Assembly: GCA_003990765.1 (NCBI GenBank)
Contig: RBNJ01000106.1
Coordinates: forward strand, 1 to 41,480
Source: Jimgerdemannia flammicorona
Taxonomy: Eukaryota
Length of the DNA: 41,480 bases
Direction of reading: 5' to 3'
Shown: positions 12,915-23,559 of the stretch, piece after piece
How the letters are laid out: every line of letters begins with the position of its first letter
Position numbering within the stretch: position 1 is the first letter of the stretch
Translations under genes and position numbers: made by a program
Notes under the pieces: generated by a model
What the model saw: only the letters and a program-made list of their open reading frames with translations
What the model was told of the DNA's origin: nothing
The model's database searches: none

Positions 12915-13919
12915 TGTGTGTGCGTGGATTAGGCTGGAACAAAAACCACAAAACCAGAAAAGGTGCAAGTCACATGCAGTCAGTGGCTTGGCGATTGGAT
13001 CCACATACAAACTCATTGGCTACCCAGTATGATCAACTTGCTTAAAACAACGAGTACACTCATCTTATTTCCGTCGTCGACAAGGGAAGCCTCCACTTTT
13101 CGTCGGTTGTGGTTTCTGCACGAACTTGGATATCATACTGTGCTCGCGAATTTCAGGATTGAAATTTTCTGGGTCCAAATTATATATTGGGCGTGCTGCA
13201 ACAAAACCAGACAAAGTGAACATTTGACGTCACTCAATTATTTATTTTTGCCACTGCTTTGCTCGTAACTTTTTAATTATTCAATATTCACCATATAATT
13301 TGATTAGAGTAAGCAAACTGAAAGTATAACCTAATGTTCTCTGTTTTTATGCTTCTTTTAAAGTCTTCACTGATACTGATAGGACTTTGATGTATTGTAA
13401 TTAGGCAGAACATAATTTTTTCAGGGAACATTTCTTTATTTTCATACTATAACTGGATTATCATCAGTAAAATATAAAAATCTGGTGTATTTCTTTCATT
13501 CAGAACCACCTTAAAGAAAAATAATCATTGTTTTTTTTTTTTTTTTACTAAAATAATCTATATATTTGACATAATCTTATAAAAGGAATATATATAAGAA
13601 AAGATAATATTATAATAAACAACATAATCAATGAACTCCAAGAGAGGAATAAATCAAACTGAACAACTAAAAGAAGATCACAAATAAACAATTTGATAAG
13701 TTACTAAATATTCCTCTAATACTTTCTGGTTTAAAGTATTAAATCAAAAATGATTAAAAGAAGGCAAACTCTACCTTTTCTCTAATAACATTCAGATTAT
13801 ACAACCTTCTAACAACACTCACAACACAGTTTTTGGAGAAATGATACTTATAACAGTTCTAGTTTCTTTAAGAGGAAGTAGCTAAATCTGGAAGTTCTAG
13901 TTGACCTAAAGTAGCTCAA

Positions 13920-14322
13920 TGTAATATTTTAGCATAGTTTATTCCTTTTCTTTGTCTTTCTTCAATATTCTATGACTTTCCAGTACTTTCCAAATGCTTA
14001 GAAATCCTGTCTTGGTGCTGAGCATTAACTAGTACTCATTTAGTTAGTCACTGAATGTCCTGGAAATATATAGAACTTTATTTGTTATTATTTATTATCT
14101 TTGCCGAGAACTTTCCTCTTGGCATTTTCCTTTGATTTCTCAGATCCTTCCAGATCCTTCTTTCAGATCTTATATAAATATCCCCTTTGTTCTCATGAAT
14201 AAAGTCTCAGAATATTTTCTCTCAGAAATCCTTCGAGAACACTTGAATCCTTAGTATCTCTTTGAGCTACTTAGGACCATCAGACTTAGTCACTTCCTCA
14301 TTTAGAAACTAGAACCATTACA
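13920..14322 (+). repeat. 5' LTR of element A
   Basis: tgtaatattt...ccattaca, colinear without gaps with 19532-19934; contains TATAAATA and AATAAA. Confidence 0.95.
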
Positions 14323-14324
14323 CT

Positions 14325-14336
14325 TGGTAGCAGCAG
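14325..14336 (+). other. Primer-binding site of element A (initiator tRNA-Met type)
   Basis: tggtagcagcag 2 nt after the LTR. TGGTAGCAG is complementary to the CUGCUACCA 3' end typical of eukaryotic tRNAiMet. Confidence 0.7.
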
Positions 14337-14390
14337 TTAAGTTACACCTAGCCTTATCAAGATACCTCTCAAGATATCAGTCACAACACT

Positions 14391-17300
14391 ATGAAGGACA
14401 ATAAGTGGAACCCTTCATACAGTACCTATGGTCCAGGCAATACCTCATATAATCAGTACAATTAGTAAGAAGAAGAGGAACAGCAAAACCCTACTCAGTC
14501 AAATGGGACCATTGAGAGTCTTTTGCAGACTGCACTAGCTTAGATTGCTCAACTTCAAGAATGTATTGAAAGAAAGGAAAGCAAGGCCCCGCTCATACCT
14601 CTGCACCTCTACCGATATCAATACATCTAACAGTAGTCACTATCAAGCCTTAGAAGCCTGATATCTTTAATGGTCAAAGAGGAGGACTGTCTACCAATGC
14701 CTGGCTTTTCCAATTGGAGCAATATGGAGAACTGACCAATTTGGAAGAAACAACACTAGTCCAATTTGCCACCACACTTCTCTGAGGGAATGCTGCAATC
14801 TAGTGGCAAAATTATATCCAGAATACCAGATTCTCTGGCCAAATCAAGACCTGGGGTGAATTCTCTGATACTATTCAAGACCAATTCAAACCAGTCAATA
14901 GCACTAAGGCCATGTGAGACTATCTGGCAAATGTCAAACAACTCAAGTCTGTGCAGGCATACAATGTACAATTCCTGTCAATCCTACTAGAATTACCACA
15001 TGTCACTGAAGATAAGAAGGTCAACAAGTATATCTGAGGCCTGAAAGGTCAAACCTGAGTTTGTGTTGAACTAGAAGAACCCAAGGACCTAGATATAGTA
15101 ATGAAAATTGCTGATAGGTTTGATGTTATTACCTATGGTCACCGCTTTGAACAGAAGAGACTGCCTTTCAACAACAACAATAACCACAGAAGGGAGGAAC
15201 CCAAAGTCAGAACTGTTGGACCTGCCTCCATGGACCTCAATACCATCGATAAGAACAAGAAAGGCAAGCTTATACCCAAGGAAAAGGAGTACCTCAAGAA
15301 GGCTGGAGCCTGCTTCTTTTGCTGTCAGCCTGGTCACATTGCAACCAAATGTCCCAAGAAAACTGCCAGATCCTGGTCCTGTCTAAAGACACTCAAGGTC
15401 AATCAGTTGAATAAGAAGTTGTACTCAATTTCATATGAGTCAACCCCAAGGCCCAGATCCCTCAAGTACAGTCAGAAGGAGTCATTGGTTTGGACCTTCA
15501 AGCAGTACAACAAGTCACTATTCTGGTATATGAGAGAAGGCTCATTCCAACTGGCCTTTCAGTCGAAATCCCCAAGAAACATTATGCAAGAATTGCACCA
15601 AGATCTGGCCTCAGTTTTAAGCACTCATTGGATATTGGTACTAGAGTCATCGACTCTGACTTCCAAGGTAAAATGCAAGTCCTGCTAGTCAACCACAAGA
15701 ACCAACCATATACCATCAATGAAGGTGACAGAATTGCACAGCTCATTCTAGAGTGAGCTACCCTACCAGTTATCAAAGAAGTCACCAAGCTGTCTTCCAC
15801 TAAGCGAGATCAGAAAGACTTTGGCAGTACTGACAAAGTTGCAAGTATAGCCAAGAATTGAGCCAATTCAATGCTCATCTTCAAAGGTCTAGTCAAGGGA
15901 CAAGAGCTAGATATTCTCATAGATAGTAGAGCTGTTGGGAACTTCATCAACAAGAACCTCATCGACAAGCTCAAGATTCTCACCAAACCAGTCAGCAAGA
16001 ATGGTAGAGTTGTCACTGCAGATGGTACCACCTTACCAATCAACTCAATTGCTGCTAAACTTCCCCTCAAGATCCAGAAGTACTGGGAATGTTTAGATTT
16101 TGAGGTAGCACCACTAGGAGACTATGATCTGATCCTAGGCAAACTCTGGCTTACATGATACAACCCTCAGATTGATTGGACCAAGAATGAAGTCACCTTG
16201 ATCCAGGATAGAGCCAATATTACCATCAAGCCAGACAAGACTCAGACAAGAACCCCAATTGCTACCCTCTCAGCAATTCAGTTCAAGAAGGCTCTCAAGA
16301 AAGCTATCTGTGCCTTTGTGGCACTGATCTGATCAAAGAAAGAAGACAAGAAGCTATCAATTAGTGAAAACATCAAGTTACTGCTAAACAAGTACAAGGA
16401 TGTCTTCCTGGACAAACTACCTGGTCTACCACCTTCAAGAGATCATGATCACGAAATCAAGTTGGTACCTGATGCAGCTATACCTAAGAAGAAAATGTAT
16501 CACATGTCTCTACTCAAAATTGAAGCAGTTAAGAAGGAACTCAATGAACTTATCGAGTGAGGAGCCATTCAACCAAGCAAGTCACCCTTTGGCTCTCCAG
16601 TCCTATTTGTCAAGAAAAAGGATGATGCTCTGCGAATATGCATAGACTATCAAGCACTCAACAAGATTATAGTCAAGAACCACTATCTGCTACTGCTCAT
16701 AGATCAAATCTTTGATGCTCTCAAGAATGCAAAGTACTTCACCAAGATTGATCTCACCTCTGGGTATCACCAAATTCGAATCAAGTCAGAAGACATATCC
16801 AAGACTACCTTCATGATATCCTTTGAACTCTACAAGTTTCTAGTCATGGCCTTTGGTCTCACCAATGTGCCAGTAACCTTTCAAGACCTCATGTAAACTG
16901 TCTTCAAGGATCAGCTCTATATCTTTGTACTTGTGTACATTGATGACATTCTGATCTTCAGCAGCACTGAAGAAGAATATCTCAAGCACATTGAACAAGT
17001 CCTCAAGATCCTCTGTAAGAATAAGCTCTATGCAAAGCTCAAGAAATGTGAATTTTTCAAGGATCAAGTTGAATACCTTGGACACATTGTATCAGCCAAA
17101 GGAATTCAAGTAGACCCAAGGAAAATACAAGCCATTGAACAGTAGCCTATACTAGCAAACCTCACTGAACTCAGGTCCTTCCTTGGTCTAGCTGGATACT
17201 ACTGTCGATTTGTCAAGAACTTCTCTGGCATCACAGAATCTTTAACAAATCTCCTACAAAAGGAACCCCACTCTGACCTCTATGTCCCCTACATCTGGGA

Positions 17301-19230
17301 TGCCTTCTGTCAATAAGCTTTTCAAGAACTCAAGAACCACCTGACCCATGCACCTGTCCTTAGAAACATGGACCCAAACTTGAAGTTCATGGTCACTATA
17401 GATATATCTAACTTTGCCATTGGTGCAGTCATTTCTCAAGATGATGGTCAAAGACACTGACCTATTGCCTTTGAGTCAAGAAAATTGTCCCCAGCAGAAC
17501 AAAAGCTGGCTACTCATGAAAAGGAACTCCTGGCAATCATGCATGCCCTCAAGACCTGGTGACACTATCTAGAAGGAGTTGAGTTTGACATGATTACTGA
17601 TCACAGGTCTCTTCAGTACATCAACACTCAACCAACCCTTTCTCACCAACAAGCCAAGTGGAGTCAACTACTTCAGACCTTTACCCCAAACATCATCTAC
17701 AAGTCTGGCAAAACTCTAGTTATACCAGATGCACTTTCAAGGAGACCTGACCTTGCTGTGATTTTACAAGTTACCATAGCATCTGAATTCCTCAACCAGA
17801 TCAAGAAGGCATATGAACAAGACTCTCTGGTTTTACAAAGGAACACCAAGGAATTCAAGGAAAAGTACACCATCAAGGACAACCTCATGTACTATCAAGA
17901 CAAAGTATATATTCCTGCCAACTCTGAACTATGGTATAAGATTCTTTATGAACATCATGACTCCCCACTAGCTGGTCACCTTGGAACTGAGAAGACCATC
18001 AAGAATACCCAATGAGACTACTACTGGCCAAACATGCTCAAGGAAATCAAGGAGTATGTCCAAAGCTGCGATCTTTGCCAAAGAAACAAGTCAAGCAACC
18101 AAGCACCTGCCAGTCTTCTACAACCCTTGTCAATTCCGACCAAGAAGTTCGAACAAGTCACAATGGACTTCATTGTACAACTCCCATGAATCAAAACAAG
18201 CTATGATGCTATTGTTGTGTTTGTGGACTGTCTCACCAAGATTACAATTGCTGAGCCAACCACAACCAATACCACTACCCCAGAAATTGCAAGAATCTTC
18301 TTCAAGACTGTCTTTCATCATTATGAACTTTCCCAAGTAATTATCAGCGACCATGACCCCAAGTTCACAAGTCACTTCTGGCAAGCACTCTTCAAGACCC
18401 TTGGAATCCAAATTGCTATGTCCACTGCCTTCCATCCTCAAACTGATGAATAGACAGAGTGAATGAACAGAACACTTGAACAAATGCTCAGAAACTATAT
18501 GTCTTATGAGCAAGATGATTGGGACCACTATCTGACCTACACCAAGTTTGCCTACAACAATGCCAACCAATCATCAACTGGTCTTTCCCCATTCCAGCTA
18601 CTTCACAGTCAAAACCCTGAGACCCCTGCGAGCCTAGTCCAATTCCAGCAATCCAGTCACACACAAGTCCCCACAGCTCAGAACCTTATCAACAAAATGG
18701 ATTCCCTTCTCAAGATTGGCACTACAAACCTACAAAAGACTCAGCAACATCAAGCTAAGTATATAGATAAGAAGCAGCGAGATGTCATATATAACATTGG
18801 TGATATGGTTCTACTCAAAGCCAACAACATCAAGACTCAATCTCAAGTTAACCACCAGTTAGCCAAATTCCAGCCCAAGTATCTTGGACCCTTCAAGATC
18901 ACTGAGCAAGTCTCTACCTGGTCTTACTGTCTCAACTTGCCAACAACTATGTGTATACATCCAGTATTCCATGTGTCACAACTCAAGGTCTGGAACCAGT
19001 CACCCCTATACCCTGGCTGAATTCCAACACCATTAGCACCAGTTATAGTTGAAGACCACATCAAGTATGAAGTTGAGAAAATCTTAGACAAATGAGTCTG
19101 ATACCATCACACAGAATACCTAGTCAAGTGGATGGGTTACCCTGAGTATGATGCCACCTGAGAACCTGCCACCAATCTCAAGAACTCCTAAGACCTCATC
19201 CAAGAGTTCGAGCAAAAAGGAACTCATTGA
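14391..19230 (+). pseudogene. gag-pol of element A: Gag with CCHC knuckle, dUTPase, protease, RT, RNase H, integrase, chromodomain; many in-frame stops
   Basis: CFFCCQPGHIATKC; IAPRSGLS / GDRIAQL / DFGST; LIDSRA; YIDD (16936-16947); ITDHRSL; HHDSPLAGHLG...CDLC; HPQTD; GPF; YEVEKILD..YLVKWMGY. Start is approximate. Confidence 0.92.
15440..15830 (+). pseudogene. Trimeric dUTPase domain in element A polyprotein
   Basis: All five motifs are recognisable: GLDL, IAPRSGLS, (G)VIDSDFQG, GDRIAQLI, KRDQKDFGST. The equivalent in element B is at ~33855-34260 (-). Confidence 0.9.
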
Positions 19231-19518
19231 CTGCCCATAAGGTTCTCCCCTTGGATAGTAGATGATCTACTGTACTGATCAATTAGGGCTCTCTAAGGGA
19301 TACAGCATCAGAAGCAAGAGATATAGGAGAACCCTATAAATCCTGTAACTAATGAGATTCAAACCAGTTCTCATCCAATCAAGATGATACTTTGGCCTTC
19401 GCCTTATATAAGGATGGTCAATCCTTACCAATGAGTCAGTATATTTAATTTGAAGTTTCTTTTAGTCTTATTGTTTATCATGTGTAACTTTGAGAATTCA
19501 ACAAGGACATTGATTCTT

Positions 19519-19531
19519 AAGGAGGGGGAGA
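19519..19531 (+). other. Polypurine tract of element A
   Basis: aaggagggggaga abutting the 3' LTR. Confidence 0.85.
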
Positions 19532-19934
19532 TGTAACATTTTAGTATAGTTTATTCCTTTTCTTTGTCTTTCTTCAATATTCTACAACCTTCCAGTACTT
19601 TCTGAATGCTTAGAAATCCTGTCTTAGTGTCAAGCATTAACTAGTACTTATTTAGTTAGTCACTGAATGTCCTGAAAATGTGTAGAACTTTATTTGTCAT
19701 CATTTGTCATCTTTGTCGAGAACTTTCCTCTTGGCATTTTTCTTTGATTTCTCAGATCCTTCTGGATCCTTCTTTCAGATTTTGTATAAATATCCCCTTT
19801 GTTCTTATGAATAAAGTCTCAGAATATTTTCTCTCAGAAATCCTTCAAGAATACTTGAATCCTTAGTATCTCTTTGAGCTACTTAGGACTACCAGACTTA
19901 GTCACTTTCTCATTTAGAAACTAGAACTGTTACA
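19532..19934 (+). repeat. 3' LTR of element A
   Basis: tgtaacattt...ctgttaca, 403 bp. Confidence 0.95.
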
Positions 19935-20720
19935 CTTAAAGAGATACTTAAAGGTTCAAGTATTTTTGAAGGATTTCTGGAAGAAAATATTCTGAGCTTT
20001 ATTCAGGCAGAGAATAAAGATATTTATACATGATCTGAAAGAAAGATCCAGAAGGATCTTGGAAAGAAAGAGAAATGTCAAGAAATAGGTTTTTGGCAAA
20101 GCTGACTAATACTATTCTATAATGTTCCAAAAGGTTCTATGACTAGCTAAGATAAGATACTTAGTACCAAGGAAAGACAAGAATGTTTTAGTAGTGTCTG
20201 GGTGCCAAGAGAAGGTTTCTAAGCAAGTAGAAGGTGGTGGAACATAGTAGAATGTTTAAGAAATAATAAAAAAAAACTAACTAAAAGATGTAAAAATATA
20301 CTAAGACTAAATATAATTGTGAAATTGTTACATCTCTTCCTCTTTAAAAACCAATGTTCTCATTGAGTTCTTAGGTAACATAAGACTAGATATACTTAAC
20401 CAAAATTTCTTAAACTTGTATTAGTGCATTGGTGAGAATTGGCCATCCTTATATGTATAGGGCAGAGGGCCTATTATCAAACTAACTAACTGGGAGAAGT
20501 TTGAACCCAGCTAGTAGCTTCATTTTGGTAGACTTTTTGTTCATTAAATGTTCTGCTAGTTCCAGGGTTCCAAAGTAAACTTTTGATACATAAGGTACTG
20601 GTCTTTGCCATAGGTCATTGACAATCCAAGGAAGTCACTATAGAGATTAGACAATACATTTTGTCTTGAAGTCTTAAACTAGATCTTGAGAGTTCTTGAG
20701 ATTGATCAGTAGTTCCCAAG

Positions 20721-21073
20721 TAGTGCTCCCAATGAATCAAATTGAATTTAATTGGATCCAAATTCGATTTGATTCGAAAACTTTGAATCAAATTGAGGTC
20801 CAATTCAATTTGAGGTCTGATTTGAACTCTATTTTTAGAAATTAAATAACTCGACGAATACACATCTAAATTCAATAATCTTTATTTTGTTAGATTCCTA
20901 TTATATAGGGGAATCTAACAAGCTAAAGATCATAGAATTTGGACGTGTATTCGTTGAGTTATTACATTTCTAAAAATAGGTTTCAAATTGGACCCTTAAT
21001 TTGATTCAAATTTGATTCAATTCAAACTCAATTCAATTGAAAAATCCCCAATTCAATTTGTTTGGGAGCACTA
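20721..21073. mobile_element. Non-autonomous hAT-type MITE (353 bp), nearly fully palindromic, inserted in element B's chromodomain
   Basis: TIRs tagtgctcccaa.../...ttgggagcacta; 8-bp TSD ttcccaag/ttcctagg (both derivable from ttcccagg); internal inverted arms centred near 20903. Confidence 0.85.
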
Positions 21074-21791
21074 TTCCTAGGTAGCATCATATTTAGGGTA
21101 ACCCATCCACTTGACTAGGTATTCAAGATGGTGGTAGTGGATTCATTTGTTAAGAATTTTCTCAGCTTCATACTTGATATGGTCTTTAATAATCATAGGG
21201 GTAGAAGGCTTAGGAATTTGACCAGGGTAGGGCAGTGACTGGTTCCAGGTCTTGAGGTGTAACACATGAAATACTGGGTAACTCTCATGATTTCAGATAG
21301 CTTGAGGTGATAAGAGGATGCAGAGACTTGTTTAGTAATTTTGAAAGGTCTAATATACTTAGGTTGGAACTTGTTTGAAGAGCAGTTGACTTGAGATTGT
21401 ATCTTGAGGTTCTCAGTAGACAGTAGGACTTGGTCTCTAATAGTATAAGTGACATTATAGTATTTCTTATCAGTATACTTGACTTGATACTATTGAGCCT
21501 TCTATAAGTGCACAACCTCCAAGCCACTGAAATCATACATCACTCTCTGAACAAGTTACTGAAATCACATGTGACCTCTAAACAAATCTGAAAATCACCT
21601 ATACAATTATGAAGCTGAGTCAAACCAAAGTCACAGTACACAAAGCTGAGTCAATACGAAGTCACAGAATATAAGATTACACAAACAGAATCTTACCAAT
21701 TAGGACTAAATATATATATACTGAGCACCGAGATATATTGAAACAGAGAACTAAAACAAACAACAACCACAACTTCTGAATATATACAAAC

Positions 21792-22893
21792 ATGACCACT
21801 GAGATCTACAACCACATCCACACTGATATTTGGAATGCCATTATCAACCGAGCCACACCCCCTCTACTCCTCATGAATATCCATAGTCTAATACCTCTCT
21901 ACTTCATGGAAGCTCAATGGAATGCCCTGAATATGCTTAGTGAGACCTACCAAATTGGACAAATCTCAAGCTACTACCAGATTGGCCACCTCCTAGAAGA
22001 TATGGTTGAATACCACTATGATATAAATATTACTCAGATGTCTCAACACCAGAAACTCATTGCCCGTAAACATTGAAAACTCTTCTATGAGTTCAGCACT
22101 GTTATTCTCCATCTCTGAGTTACTACCACCAAAATGGTCACTACTCTGTCCTATGGCCAAATTGACAACATGATACAAGAACTCAACCACAAGTATCTCA
22201 AATATATTCAGACCACAGACAGAACCTTCCCATACCCTGATGACTATATTCTGCAAATGCCTTAAGTCAGATATATGTACAATAAAGAATATCTATAATA
22301 TAATCCAATTTGACAAAGATGAAGCAGAAGACAATGATCTCTCAGATACCAATATGACTGCAAGCTAAGGATCCCTGCTAACTCTGATCACTCTGCTAAT
22401 ACTGCTGATGAACTTACAACAGTTTATAACCATCTATGAGACCTATTGGGACAATGATCACTGGCATGAATACCAACTCACATTTACCCCCGATTACTTC
22501 AACTACAATGAAGAGACAGAAGAACACAACCTGTACCTTCAGATAACTCTTGAGATTGAACCAACCACTCCACCACCCAAGTATGAGTGATATGAACCAT
22601 AGCCACCAGCTTACTACAACCCTATAACTTATAGTGCTGTAACCTACAAAAGGTATGCAGATAGTGAATCCAATGAAAGTGAAGACAATGCACCACTCCT
22701 TCACCCATCAACTCCATACCCAGCATATGAGACAGATGATACTATCCTATGGGACAGTGATGAAGTCCCAATATATTACTACCTTAGTGAATAAGGAGAA
22801 TTAATCTGCAAATAACTCTTCCTAGATGACTACTTCATTGGAGATGATGCAATTGATAGTGATGTTATTGAAGACTACCCAGACAGCATCTAA
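21792..22893 (+). pseudogene. Degenerate acidic, Tyr/Pro-rich ORF of unknown function inside solo LTR copy 1
   Basis: MTTEIYNHIH... continues through isolated stops and one or two frameshifts to ...PPPKYE*YEP*PPAYYN...DDAIDSDVIEDYPDSI*. I recognise no family. Confidence 0.55.
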
Positions 22894-23559
22894 ATCTATA
22901 AATAGCTTAGTAGTTATAGCATAGCTAGATTAGCCTTATACAATATGACTGTAAACTGACTCAGTAGTCAGATGATCTCTTGATATATCAGATCACCCTT
23001 ATACTATATGACTGCATTCTGACTTAACAAGGCACTAAGTGCTACATCCATATCTAGCATAGTCCAGATAACCCCTCACTAGTATAAATACCCCCTCCCC
23101 CAGACCTCAGAATCTCAGACTTGAATAGACTTGAATACATAAGAACACTTCTGAGCACTTTCCCACAATATCCCTTTATATAACTACTCCTAGTATAGTA
23201 ATATCATAAATAGCAAATAAACCTATTTAATAATCCACAAACTACTCTTAAGTAAATCTGCTCCCTATTAGGTCCCACTCCTACCCCCATCATGAAGTTT
23301 CCTAATTGAGTATTGTCTGCAGCAATATACTGATTTAACTAAGCTGGTCTTAGTTTCTTGAACTTCCTGAAATACAGAAAATCTCAAACATCCAGAACTA
23401 GTCTGAAAAAGAAACTTTGGTTGAGACATCAACCCAATCTTGAAATCAATAAGTATAGAGGATATACTCTATATAAAATTGATCTTAATCATAAGAAAAC
23501 AGTCTTCCAGAATATCCAGAACTTCCAGAAAATCATTCCAGAACTATATAACAGTTACC

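Larger units (their letters stand above)
13920..19934 (+). mobile_element. Ty3/gypsy chromovirus element A, full length (6015 bp), inserted in the 3' LTR of element B
   Basis: 403-bp LTRs TG...CA; PBS; PPT; TSD ctcaa/cttaa (the uninterrupted B LTR has cttga here). Complete gag-dUTPase-PR-RT-RH-IN-chromodomain series. Confidence 0.95.

Noticed and set aside
15360-15400. Programmed gag-pol frameshift in element A
   Set aside because: Element B reads gag into dUTPase in one frame; A's shift is better explained by a small post-insertion deletion.
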